The position numbers and the translations under genes are program-made. The notes under the pieces were generated by a model. It did not search any database, had not been told where the DNA came from, and was given only the letters and a program-made list of their open reading frames with translations. 64,000 bases of DNA from assembly GCA_963815095.1 (NCBI GenBank), contig CAWFFH010000004.1:64001-128000 (forward strand), given 5' to 3'. The DNA is from Candidatus Bathyarchaeota archaeon (GTDB lineage: Archaea > Thermoproteota > Bathyarchaeia > Bathyarchaeales > Bathycorpusculaceae). Positions 8,427 through 17,711 of the stretch are shown piece by piece; the first letter of the stretch is position 1, and the number at the start of each line of letters is the position of its first letter.

Positions 8427-8942
8427 CTATTTGGCAGATGCTAAATACTTTAGGTGGAAAGGTTTAATCACTATTCCGCCCTTCAAATCCGCATTGAAAG
8501 TTTGGCTTTCAACGACCCAATTCGACATTTCTGAATCAAGAGACCTGATAAACCCGGCGAAGTTTTCAAAGTTTTCATGAAGCGAAATGCAAACTGTATC
8601 CCACCCCATGCCTCTGCCGTCTAAAGCTAGAATCACGTTGGATTGTTTCTTGAACCATTCTTTCATACTCTTTAATGCCTCAGTCTTCTCCTCGCCAGTT
8701 GCATACTTTAGTTTGCTTTTCAAAAATGTTATAGCGGCAATTTCAAACCCTATTTGGCCAAATTTGGGGATAACTGTGTACCCTTCGATAAAGTTTTCTT
8801 CCAACATGGCTCTTCTGCGGGTCACTGTGGGCTGAGAAACACCTAAGGCTTTTGCAAGCTGCCTGTCGCTTCTGTGTGAATCCTTCATAAGCTCGAACAG
8901 AATCTTGTAATCTATTGGTTTTAGCTCTTTCATTACAATCAA
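8427..8942 (-). CDS. Lrp/AsnC family transcriptional regulator
   Basis: IDYKILFELMKDSHRSDRQLAKALGVSQPTVTRR wHTH. Confidence 0.88.
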   Translation of the reverse strand: MIVMKELKPIDYKILFELMKDSHRSDRQLAKALGVSQPTVTRRRAMLEENFIEGYTVIPKFGQIGFEIAAITFLKSKLKYATGEEKTEALKSMKEWFKKQSNVILALDGRGMGWDTVCISLHENFENFAGFIRSLDSEMSNWVVESQTFNADLKGGIVIKPFHLKYLASAK

Positions 8943-9094
8943 CTTTAACGATTTTTACTATCCATAGCACTTTTTGACATCATATATAAACATCATTGTT
9001 GAATAACCAAAAAACTATCCAAGTGCAACAGGGAGACAACAACAGGAACTCTTAAGAGAAAAAACCGCTTTTAAGTTGCAGGAGCCCCAAAAAG

Positions 9095-10453
9095 ATGCCA
9101 ATTCAAATGTTAGATGAAGTAGAAAAGGAAATTACCCATTTTCTAAGCGATTTAATTCGGATAAACACAACTAATCCGCCAGGCAATGAGACGGCAGCTG
9201 CCGAATTCATCGCCCAATACTTGGCACAGGAAGGTTTTAAAACGGAAATTATCGAGTCAGCACCAGGCAGGGGCAGTGTAGTAACTCGGCTTAACGGCTC
9301 AGGCGAAAAACCTAACCTTCTTCTTCTTTCACACATCGATGTTGTGGCAGCAAACCCGGCTGAATGGACAGTTGATCCGTTTGCTGGAATAGTAAAGGAC
9401 GGCTACGTTTATGGTAGAGGCGCTTATGACATGAAAGGCATGACCGCCATCGAAGTTTTAACTCTCTTGCTTCTCAAAAGAAACAAAGTTCCGCTTAAGG
9501 GTGACGTTGTTTTAGCGGCGACTGCTGATGAGGAAAAAGGTGGCGAAGAAGGAGCAGGGTACCTTCTTAGGAATCATAGAGAAAAAGTTTGGTGCCCGTT
9601 CATCCTCAATGAAGGCGGAGGACTAGCAATTCCACAGAAAAACGGTAACGTTTACCCAGTTCAGACGGCTGAAAAGGGAATTTTATGGTTTAAAATTAAA
9701 GCCAAAGGCACCCCTGGACACGGATCTACGCCAAATATGGCAGACAACGCCATTTTACGCATGAACAAAGTCATAACTAAACTTGGGGAATACCAGCCTG
9801 AAACATTATACGTGCCCACACTTAAGCGCTATTTAGAAGAAATAGCAAAAATTAACCCTGAGCTTGAACCCTCTTTTTCACGTTTACTAGGAAACCCAAA
9901 GCAAAGCGAACAAATCCTCGATGAATTGGCAAAAACAGACAAAGCGTTAGCTGAAGAAATCAGACCCAGAACCAAAACCACTCTGACTCCAACTATTATT
10001 CACGGCGGAATAAAAGAGAACATTATTCCTTCTGAGTGTGAGGCAGTTTTTGATTGCCGAGTTTTGCCAGGTCAAAGCGTAGATGAAACGCTTAATCAAA
10101 TCAAAGGGTTGCTGAAGGATGTGGGCTTGGACAAATTAAGTTTTGAAATCATCCAAATGCATGACGGTAACGAATCCACTACGCAAACGCCCCTCTACAA
10201 TGTTATTGACGATGTTTTGCGTGAGTTTGAACCTTGCTGTGGGGTGACGCCGACGTTGACAACGGGTGGGACTGATTCTCGCTTCTTTAGGGAAACGGGT
10301 AGCGTATGTTACGGTTTTCATCCGATGCGACCAGATGAGCCTAATAATTTGCTGGAAAAGCGGATGCATGGCATTGACGAACGCATAACTATCGAGAATC
10401 TTGTTTTTGGCACGAGCATCTTCTATGAGACTGTTAAGAGATTCATGACTTAA
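9095..10453 (+). CDS. M20/M25/M40 family metallohydrolase (ArgE/DapE-like)
   Basis: SHIDVV, GRGAYDMKG, ADEEKGG and MHGIDE motifs. Confidence 0.92.
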   Translation: MPIQMLDEVEKEITHFLSDLIRINTTNPPGNETAAAEFIAQYLAQEGFKTEIIESAPGRGSVVTRLNGSGEKPNLLLLSHIDVVAANPAEWTVDPFAGIVKDGYVYGRGAYDMKGMTAIEVLTLLLLKRNKVPLKGDVVLAATADEEKGGEEGAGYLLRNHREKVWCPFILNEGGGLAIPQKNGNVYPVQTAEKGILWFKIKAKGTPGHGSTPNMADNAILRMNKVITKLGEYQPETLYVPTLKRYLEEIAKINPELEPSFSRLLGNPKQSEQILDELAKTDKALAEEIRPRTKTTLTPTIIHGGIKENIIPSECEAVFDCRVLPGQSVDETLNQIKGLLKDVGLDKLSFEIIQMHDGNESTTQTPLYNVIDDVLREFEPCCGVTPTLTTGGTDSRFFRETGSVCYGFHPMRPDEPNNLLEKRMHGIDERITIENLVFGTSIFYETVKRFMT

Positions 10454-10543
10454 CAATTCTCCCATCTTCTTTTGATTTCTTAACAGTTCAATATTTATTC
10501 TCATTCAACATAATACAAGCCTGTTTGAGAGGTAACCCTAACA

Positions 10544-11086
10544 ATGCTCGGTGGACAAGCTTTAGTAAAAAAGGAACTCCCAAACTTAAAAGCCTCTAAA
10601 ACTATCGGTTTAATTTCAGACACTCATGTTCCCAAAAGAGCTTTAGGTATTCCGAAGAAAGTTTTTGAAATCTTTGAAAGCGTAGATTACATTATTCATG
10701 CTGGCGACTTGGTTGAGTTGGCTGTGGTGGATGAGTTGGAGCAGATTGCACCTGTTTTAGCGGTACACGGCAACATGGATGGGTTAGAAACCGCAAATGC
10801 CCTTCCAACGCTTAATTTCCTAAACGTCTTCGATTGGAAAATTGCAGTTTCGCATGACCAGAACGCTTTTCAGGAACTGAATAAAACAAGCCAAACATCT
10901 GGAAAAATTGGGTTTGATGTTTTTGTTTACGGGCATACACATGTTGCGAACATTAGGTGGGAAGGAAGACTCCTCTACATTAATCCGGGTAGCCCAACTG
11001 ACCCCTCCTCTGTTATGGGTAAGCCTTCAGTGGGATTGCTAAAAATAACTAAAGAAGCAATAACGCCGCAAATAATTGACCTTTAA
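10544..11086 (+). CDS. YfcE/MJ0936-type metallophosphoesterase
   Basis: ISDTH, HAGDL, GNMD, GHTH and INPGS motifs. Confidence 0.92.
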   Translation: MLGGQALVKKELPNLKASKTIGLISDTHVPKRALGIPKKVFEIFESVDYIIHAGDLVELAVVDELEQIAPVLAVHGNMDGLETANALPTLNFLNVFDWKIAVSHDQNAFQELNKTSQTSGKIGFDVFVYGHTHVANIRWEGRLLYINPGSPTDPSSVMGKPSVGLLKITKEAITPQIIDL

Positions 11087-11541
11087 CGCAAAAGAGGTCC
11101 AATAAAAAGTGCATAAAGCGTTATTCCAAAGATTAGAGCGGTAACCCAAATTGTGAGGGTTTTTAGCATAAATTTTTTCCTTCTAATGCATCCTTGGATG
11201 TTCTTTTTAAATCGCCAAGAGGCAACTATCCAAATACCCAACGATAAAGCTGAGGCTCCGAGGATTCCATGAATTATCCCAATGATCGACACTGCTCCCA
11301 GGGGGTTTTTAAAAATGTATTGTGGTATCACAGCAAGAACTAAAGAGGGAATCATGATAGCAAAAACCGTTGAAAGATGCAAAATAAGGGCTGTTGCCAT
11401 GGTAAGTCCATGTTGTCTAAACTTTAATTTTTTCTTCAAGAAGTAGCCATAGCTGAGCAAAAATAGAACAATAATTTGAATTATTAAACTTGACGTGATG
11501 ATGAGAGCGGTAGGGTTATTTAAGAGGGTCATTAACGCCAC
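11083..11541 (-). CDS. Four-TM membrane protein (DUF420-like)
   Basis: Four TM helices with His in the FRQHGLTM and IIHGILG contexts. Confidence 0.65.
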   Translation of the reverse strand: MALMTLLNNPTALIITSSLIIQIIVLFLLSYGYFLKKKLKFRQHGLTMATALILHLSTVFAIMIPSLVLAVIPQYIFKNPLGAVSIIGIIHGILGASALSLGIWIVASWRFKKNIQGCIRRKKFMLKTLTIWVTALIFGITLYALFIGPLLR

Positions 11542-11665
11542 AGCGTATCAATAAAAAAATCTATGTATAAAGATTACTTTCACTTACCTCTCCCCAGAAA
11601 CAAACATAAGTTTCGGCAACCACCTTAAAAGCAAAAACAGCAAAAGGGGTGTTGAGGAAAAATAC

Positions 11666-11803
11666 ATGGAACATTGTAAAAACCCCTGGAAAGACACCTG
11701 CACAAGCGAAAACATAAAACTCTACATCCAACTAAAAGGCGAAAACTTGCCCATATGCCAACAATGCTGGAGCAAAATTGCAGAACAAGAAGAGGAATGG
11801 TAA
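11666..11803 (+). CDS. 45-aa zinc-finger-like microprotein (not in the ORF track)
   Basis: MEHCKNPWKDTC...LPICQQCWSKIAEQEEEW; four Cys; SD GAGGA upstream; stop 2 nt before the next ATG. Confidence 0.7.
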   Translation: MEHCKNPWKDTCTSENIKLYIQLKGENLPICQQCWSKIAEQEEEW

Positions 11804-11805
11804 AG

Positions 11806-12045
11806 ATGGAAAACTTCAGCGCCAATAGTGCAAGGTCTTTCATTGGAAGAAATGTGAACCTGCACCTAAAAGATGGGGCGGTTATAATAAACGTACAATT
11901 GACGAAAATTCACAGAGGCGTAGGAAAAAACAATAATGTAATAGAGTACTCTTTATCCGGTAACCACAAAGTTACTCGTGTGCCACTTAGAAACATTGCA
12001 TGGGCAGAAATGCTTAATATGAACTTTATGAAAAACCCCGCCTGA
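11806..12045 (+). CDS. Small hypothetical protein, possible Sm/Lsm-like fold
   Basis: SFIGRNVNLHLKDGAVIINV...VPLRNIAWAE resembles Sm1/Sm2; start reassigned to ATG 11806. Confidence 0.55.
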   Translation: MENFSANSARSFIGRNVNLHLKDGAVIINVQLTKIHRGVGKNNNVIEYSLSGNHKVTRVPLRNIAWAEMLNMNFMKNPA

Positions 12046-12100
12046 AAATTCTCAAATTATAGATAAAAACACAAATACTCGCCATAACATTCATCCGTTT

Positions 12101-12481
12101 ATGCGCTGCTCAAACTGTGGAGTATGCTGCACAGAAACCGAAATGCTGCTCTCCAAAAAAGACATTAAACGCTTAGAAAAGAAGGGTTTTAGCCAAAACC
12201 AATTCGTAAACTACGATGAGCAAGGCTACGCAGTGCTAAAAAATCGTGATGGTCACTGTGTCTTCTATGACCTTAAAAATCGTCAGTGCAGCGTTTACGT
12301 GGACCGACCCGCAGGATGCAGAGTTTATCCAGTGATTGTTCATGAAGAAAAGGGAATAATTTTAGATAATATTTGTCAATCAAGAAAGTCGATAACTCAA
12401 TTGGAGAAAAATTTTAAAGGGAAACGGGTAATTAAGTTACTTGAAGAGATTGATGCTGAAGCATTAGAAAGGCGTTCTTGA
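12101..12481 (+). CDS. YkgJ family cysteine-cluster protein
   Basis: CSNCGVCC...CVFY...CSVYVDRPAGCRVYP. Confidence 0.9.
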   Translation: MRCSNCGVCCTETEMLLSKKDIKRLEKKGFSQNQFVNYDEQGYAVLKNRDGHCVFYDLKNRQCSVYVDRPAGCRVYPVIVHEEKGIILDNICQSRKSITQLEKNFKGKRVIKLLEEIDAEALERRS

Positions 12482-12488
12482 AAGTTTC

Positions 12489-12668
12489 TTATGATCTGTG
12501 GTTTGTAGCGTTTGCTTGTTTGCATTGCCAACATGCTACAATTGTGTGTTTTTGAGCGTCCACGTCATTATTTGGTACCATGCTTGTTCTTACAAGGTTG
12601 CCACAGTAGTCGCAAATGAGTTGTATTTCGGCAACGCGTTCATTGTTTTGAAGAACTTTGATGGGCAA
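12489..12668 (-). CDS. 59-aa zinc-ribbon microprotein (not in the ORF track)
   Basis: MPIKVLQNNERVAEIQLICDYCGN...VACWQCKQ; two CxxC motifs; TTG start 4 nt after the upstream stop. Confidence 0.65.
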   Translation of the reverse strand: MPIKVLQNNERVAEIQLICDYCGNLVRTSMVPNNDVDAQKHTIVACWQCKQANATNHRS

Positions 12669-12672
12669 AAAT

Positions 12673-12819
12673 TTACTTTCCTGATTTGGTGGCTTTTTCG
12701 TTTGCCATTAGGTACTCGATGTATTCTTTTATTGTGCGGTTTGTTTCTTTTGCTTTTCTTCTGATGTCTTCATGGAGTTTATCGGTAACAGTTATGCATT
12801 TGTATCCTTTTCGTGGCAA
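12673..12819 (-). CDS. 48-aa ribbon-helix-helix-like protein (not in the ORF track)
   Basis: MPRKGYKCITVTDKLHEDIRRKAKETNRTIKEYIEYLM; SD AGGAGA upstream of TTG. Confidence 0.7.
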   Translation of the reverse strand: MPRKGYKCITVTDKLHEDIRRKAKETNRTIKEYIEYLMANEKATKSGK

Positions 12820-12998
12820 AAAATATCTCCTCATGTCCTTTTTCTTTGGTGACGGATATTAAGCCGTACTTTACGGTACTTAACCATTCTATAAATATAT
12901 AATTAGCGGTGAGTTAGCGATGTATTGTTGCTACTGTTATTTTGTCAAACTTTAAATAAATGTACGTTCGGTAACTATGATTTAGAGAGGGAACCTGA

Positions 12999-13181
12999 AC
13001 GCCGAAGAAAGGCTATAAAAGCATCACTGTGAAGACCGAGGTTTACGATTACTTTTTTAATGAATGGCTCAAAGTCAAAGATGAATACGCAATAAAAAAG
13101 GGCATACATAGCTTCTCAGCCTATATCACTTACCTTTTGGCTCAGCTGATAAATGAAGACAAAAAATCTTCCAAAGAATAA
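12999..13181 (+). CDS. 60-aa RHH-like protein with an ACG start (or mutated ATG)
   Basis: (M)PKKGYKSITVKTEVYDYFFNEWLK...SFSAYITYLL; purine-rich SD-like GAGAGGG upstream; in-frame TGA immediately before ACG. Confidence 0.6.
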   Translation, partial: TPKKGYKSITVKTEVYDYFFNEWLKVKDEYAIKKGIHSFSAYITYLLAQLINEDKKSSKE

Positions 13182-13243
13182 ACCCCAGAAAATCCCTACA
13201 ACTTTAAATAAGCCTTGAACTGACTTAGCAAAGGTGAAAAGTT

Positions 13244-14248
13244 ATGTCTTGCTCAGTAATTGTTGGCGCCTTCTGGGGAGACGAAGGCAAAGGAAAAATA
13301 ATCTCGTACTTAGCACTAAAAGATAACCTTGATTTCTGTGTTAGAACTGGCTCAGTTAATGCTGCCCATACGGTTTGGTTTGAAGGCAAAAAATATGCGT
13401 TACACATGGTGCCTGCTGCGTTTATAAATCCCAAAACGCGTTTGCTGATTGCTGCAGGTGCAAACGTTGATGTTAAAACATTTTTTGATGAAATGGCGCT
13501 TACCCAAGTCGACGCAAAACGGATGGGCATAGATCAGAACGCTTCCATAATTGAGCAGAAACATTGTGAACAAGACAAGGCGAGTGCTGTTAACAAGGGC
13601 ATTGGAACTACAGGCAGGGGTGTTGGACCTGCGTTGGAGGAGCGGGTTAGGCGCACGGCTAAACTTGCCAAAGATATTCCTGAACTCAAACCCTATCTTG
13701 CCGATGAAATAGGTGAAGTTAATGATGGGTTGGATGCTGGCAAAAGTGTGCTTCTTGAAGGTACTCAAGGCTTTATGTTGTCGCTTTTCTTAGGCGGCGG
13801 CTACCCTTACGTGACTGGACGAGACACAGGTGCATCTGCTATTGCCTCTGAAGCTGGTGTTGGACCAACAAGAGTTGACGACGTCATCATAGTTTACAAG
13901 TCCTTCATGACCCGTGTTGGTGCTGGACCTTTACCCGGCGAAATAACCAAGGAAGAAGCTCTGAAGCGAGGTTGGTTTGAGGTTGCTGCTGGAACAGGCC
14001 GCGACCGACGCAGCGCACCATTTGACTTTGACTTAGCCAAGAAAACTGCAAAAATAAACGGCGCCACCCAAGCTGCTATGACAAAACTCGATTGCATTTA
14101 TCCAAGCTGTAAAGGTGCCCGAAAATACAATGACCTACCCAAAGAGGCAAAGGATTTCATAAAAGAAGCAGAAACCCGAACCGGTGTCCCCATTGTCTTC
14201 ATCGGAACAGGACCAGATGCCCTCGACCTAATAGACCGCAGGCCATAG
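13244..14248 (+). CDS. purA: Adenylosuccinate synthetase, short archaeal type
   Basis: WGDEGKGK, NAAHT, IGTTGRGVGPA, EGTQG, YPYVT and TKLD motifs. Confidence 0.96.
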   Translation: MSCSVIVGAFWGDEGKGKIISYLALKDNLDFCVRTGSVNAAHTVWFEGKKYALHMVPAAFINPKTRLLIAAGANVDVKTFFDEMALTQVDAKRMGIDQNASIIEQKHCEQDKASAVNKGIGTTGRGVGPALEERVRRTAKLAKDIPELKPYLADEIGEVNDGLDAGKSVLLEGTQGFMLSLFLGGGYPYVTGRDTGASAIASEAGVGPTRVDDVIIVYKSFMTRVGAGPLPGEITKEEALKRGWFEVAAGTGRDRRSAPFDFDLAKKTAKINGATQAAMTKLDCIYPSCKGARKYNDLPKEAKDFIKEAETRTGVPIVFIGTGPDALDLIDRRP

Positions 14249-14266
14249 CAACTTTTATTTTCCTAT

Positions 14267-15451
14267 TTGTTAATCCTCTTTCGAGGCAAAGTCATGTTAA
14301 CGTCTAATGGGACCAGCAAAGCCTCAGCCAGCATTCTCATAATGATCTTCGTTGCAGGATTGCTCGCTGGAGGATTATTGTTCTTTTATATTAATTATCA
14401 GCAGGTTTCTACTCTAAACCGTTTGCAAAGTGAGGTTTCAGCTCTGCGAGGTTTCCAAAATGCTACTACTCAAAACATCACCATATTAGAGAATGGAACT
14501 TCGCTATCGGATCTTTACGCTAATTTGCGGTCGTCAGTGGTTTTGGTTCAGGGTGATACAAGTGATGGAGGCGTTCAGGGCTCAGGCTTTGTTTACAACT
14601 TTGCTGGCCAAACCGTTGTTTTAACCAATTACCATGTTGTTCAAGGTACATCCAATTTAAGCGTGACTTTTTCCGATGGTCATGGTTATGGAGCTACTGT
14701 TTTGGGAACTGACTCTTATTCCGATTTTGCAGTTGTTTCCGTAAATGATGCCCCTGCCTCTGAGTTTAAGCCCATCACGATTGTCAGTTCTTCTGGTTTG
14801 CGTGTAGGCGAACCAGTCATTGCTATTGGAAATCCCTATGGACTCGTTGGTTCCTTAACCACAGGCGTTGTGAGTGCAACAGGCAGAACAATCACGGAAA
14901 ATGCTTCGGGCGGATTTGCAATCGCCAACATAATCCAAACTAGTACTCCTATTAATCCTGGAAACTCGGGTGGTCCACTGCTCAACTCCGTTGGAGATGT
15001 CGTAGGTATAACCGCTGCGATTGTTTCTGACTCTCAAGGGTTAGGTTTCGCTATCCCCTCGGATACAATCCTAAGAGAAGTGTCATCTTTGATTACAACA
15101 GGCTCCTATCGTGGGCACTCTTATCTGGGCGTCATTGGAACTGACATGGATTATAGTACTGCTCAAAAACAAGGTGCAAGCGTTACTTATGGTTGGCAAC
15201 TTTCTAGTATAAACAGCGGAGGACCATCAGACGGAAAATTACTCGTGAATGATATCATAATCGCGATGGGCGTCCAAAATGCAAATGGTTCCGTTACAAA
15301 CCAGCAAACCATTAAAAATAACGATGACTTAGCAAGCTACTTAGAACAAAACACCCTTCCGGGCAACACTTTAGTTTTAAAGGTTGTTCGGGGAAACAGC
15401 CAGATCGATGTCACTTTGACATTGGGAACTCGACCTGTACCGGCAAGTTGA
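14267..15451 (+). CDS. HtrA/DegP-like membrane-anchored serine protease with PDZ domain
   Basis: GSGF, LTNYHVV, AIGNPYG and INPGNSGGPL motifs; N-terminal TM. Confidence 0.93.
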   Translation: MLILFRGKVMLTSNGTSKASASILIMIFVAGLLAGGLLFFYINYQQVSTLNRLQSEVSALRGFQNATTQNITILENGTSLSDLYANLRSSVVLVQGDTSDGGVQGSGFVYNFAGQTVVLTNYHVVQGTSNLSVTFSDGHGYGATVLGTDSYSDFAVVSVNDAPASEFKPITIVSSSGLRVGEPVIAIGNPYGLVGSLTTGVVSATGRTITENASGGFAIANIIQTSTPINPGNSGGPLLNSVGDVVGITAAIVSDSQGLGFAIPSDTILREVSSLITTGSYRGHSYLGVIGTDMDYSTAQKQGASVTYGWQLSSINSGGPSDGKLLVNDIIIAMGVQNANGSVTNQQTIKNNDDLASYLEQNTLPGNTLVLKVVRGNSQIDVTLTLGTRPVPAS

Positions 15452-15598
15452 TTTTTTTTATTACTTTCTTTTTAGAAGAAGTATTGATAATCAATATTGA
15501 TGTATGGAAAGATACATTAAGGCTTACCAGTGCAAGGATAGATTTAACACTGCTATGTAAGAGGACACGTTGGCAGCTATAGCGAGGGGGAACATGAG

Positions 15599-17272
15599 AT
15601 GGATGAGTTAGAGGGTGTACTGAAAGGACAGAAAATAGCCTATTTCTCTATGGAAGTGGGCTTAACAAGTGAGATTCCCACATATGCGGGCGGTTTAGGC
15701 ACATTGGCAGGGGATGCTATCCGTTCAAGCGCAGACCTAAAACTTCCCCTCGTTGCGGTTACGTTAATCAGTAAACGAAATTATTTTAAACAAACCCTTG
15801 ACCAAAACGGACGACAATTCGAGCAACCTCGAGAGTGGAATCCTGAAAAATTCATGACTCTTCTTCCAAACGAAGTTTTCGTCCAAGTTGAAGGGCGCAC
15901 AGTTAAGGTTAGAGCATGGCTCTACAAGTACCGAAGCATCATTGGTGGAGTAGTTCCAGTTCTGTTTCTTGATACTGATTGTGAAGGAAACACCCCTGAA
16001 GATAGGGAGATAACCTTTTACCTCTATGGCGGAAATGAGCGGTACCGTCTCAAGCAGGAGGCGATTTTGGGGTTTGGTGGGGTGCGGATGCTTGATGCTT
16101 TGGGTTTTAAGGTAAGAAAATACCACATGAATGAAGGACATTCTAGTCTTCTGTCGGTTGAGCTTTTATGTAAGTGCGGAGGGGACGCAGATAAGGTTCG
16201 AGAACTATGCATTTTCACCACACACACCCCGGTGGAAGCTGGGCATGACAAATTCGGCTACGATTTAGTGGCGGAAGTTCTGCAGACCGCTGATTTAGCT
16301 ATGTTAAAAGAGTATGGCGGTTGCGAGCGGCTGAACATGACCTCCTTAGCGTTGAATTTGAGTAACTATGTTAACGGCGTAGCTAAGCGTCATCAAGAAA
16401 TTTCGAGCAAAATGTTCGCGGGCTACGAAATCCATGCTGTAACCAACGGGGTTCACTCTTTTACTTGGACCGGGGAGAGTTACCGTAAAGTTTTTGATAA
16501 ATACTTGGTTGGTTGGGCAATTGAGCCTGAGTTGCTGGCGAAAGTGGACATTATTCCTGATTGTGAAATTTGGCAAGCCCACGAAGAACAAAAACAAGTC
16601 TTAATTGATTATGCAAACCAAGCTACAAACGCCAATCTGGGCGTAGATGTGTTAACTTTGGGGTTTGCGCGAAGGGCAACTGAGTACAAGAGGCCAACTT
16701 TGCTGTTTTCAAATCTTGACAGGCTACGTGCGATCAGCCGAAAAGGGAAGTTTCAAGTTATATTTGCTGGCAAAGCGCACCCCCGAGATGAAGGTGGAAA
16801 ACGGCTCATCGAACAAATCTACAGTTACGCCAAACAACTCAAAGATGACATTGAAATTGTGTATTTGGAAGATTACAGCATGAACATCGCATCCAAGATG
16901 GTTGGAGGCGTTGATGTTTGGCTTAACACTCCCTTGCGTCCGATGGAGGCTTCTGGAACTAGCGGCATGAAGGCTGCCCACAACGGCGTCATAAACTTCA
17001 GCGTCCTCGATGGCTGGTGGATTGAAGGCTGGATCGAAAACCTCACCGGTTGGGCAATTGGACCCCACTCCACCGAAAACATAGGCAACCAAGACCTCAC
17101 CTCAAAAGAAGCCGAAGACCTCTACAACAAACTAGAATACGTCATCACCCCCATGTTCTACGACCGGCACGACGAATGGATAAAGATGATGAAGAACTCC
17201 ATCGGCAAAATTGCGTATTACTTTAACAGCCATCGAATGATGCGTCGTTACGTAACCGATGCATACCTATAG
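15599..17272 (+). CDS. glgP: Alpha-glucan (glycogen/maltodextrin) phosphorylase
   Basis: AYFSME, GGLGTLAGD, HMNEGH and EASGTSGMKA (PLP Lys) motifs. Confidence 0.95.
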   Translation: MDELEGVLKGQKIAYFSMEVGLTSEIPTYAGGLGTLAGDAIRSSADLKLPLVAVTLISKRNYFKQTLDQNGRQFEQPREWNPEKFMTLLPNEVFVQVEGRTVKVRAWLYKYRSIIGGVVPVLFLDTDCEGNTPEDREITFYLYGGNERYRLKQEAILGFGGVRMLDALGFKVRKYHMNEGHSSLLSVELLCKCGGDADKVRELCIFTTHTPVEAGHDKFGYDLVAEVLQTADLAMLKEYGGCERLNMTSLALNLSNYVNGVAKRHQEISSKMFAGYEIHAVTNGVHSFTWTGESYRKVFDKYLVGWAIEPELLAKVDIIPDCEIWQAHEEQKQVLIDYANQATNANLGVDVLTLGFARRATEYKRPTLLFSNLDRLRAISRKGKFQVIFAGKAHPRDEGGKRLIEQIYSYAKQLKDDIEIVYLEDYSMNIASKMVGGVDVWLNTPLRPMEASGTSGMKAAHNGVINFSVLDGWWIEGWIENLTGWAIGPHSTENIGNQDLTSKEAEDLYNKLEYVITPMFYDRHDEWIKMMKNSIGKIAYYFNSHRMMRRYVTDAYL

Positions 17273-17354
17273 TTTACTATTGGCGACAAAGTTTTTTTTC
17301 CATTTATATGTATATTTTTGACGGTTGTCTTGCAACACTTTTTTTTGTTTTCAA

Positions 17355-17608
17355 TTGTTGTTGCAACTGGCCTGCAGAATGCAGCAGCAACAACAACAAC
17401 AACTTCTCTGGCTCTAAACGGCTCAAATTAATGCTGTAATTTGAATTAGTTTTGATAGATGATGCTGTTGATGTGCAAATCGTTGTTGTATCATCATTAT
17501 CATCATCTTCTCTTAGCTTATATTATTAATTAGCTGTTAAGTCTGAGGTCTAGAAGTTTTTGAAAGAAGAAGGACATTTTCCTGTAGGCACAGCAGTTCT
17601 TCTTCTTT
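17355..17608. repeat. Three regularly spaced inverted repeats built from trinucleotide tracts
   Basis: TTGTTGTTGC/GCAACAACAA (17355-17396), AGATGATG/CATCATCT (17457-17508), AAAGAAGAAG/CTTCTTCTTT (17563-17608). Confidence 0.6.
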
Positions 17609-17671
17609 TAACTAAATAGTCAAAAACCAAATTAGCTCTTTTGTTGTTTGTTTGGGTGTGTTTTGCGAATA

Positions 17672-17704
17672 TTTTAAATAGTTGTAAATCTGATTGTATT
17701 TACA
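17672..17704 (+). promoter_or_regulatory. TATA box plus palindromic operator TGTAAAT-N8-ATTTACA
   Basis: TTTTAAATA at 17672-17680 followed by an inverted repeat at 17683-17704, just upstream of the HTH gene. Confidence 0.6.
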
Positions 17705-17711
17705 GAGCGTT

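Noticed and set aside
11625-11843. Minus-strand 72-aa ORF, and the plus ORF start at 11755
   Set aside because: Shadows of the zinc-finger microprotein and the Sm-like gene
12498-12764. Plus-strand 88-aa hydrophobic ORF
   Set aside because: Antisense to two better-supported small genes with SD and Cys/RHH motifs
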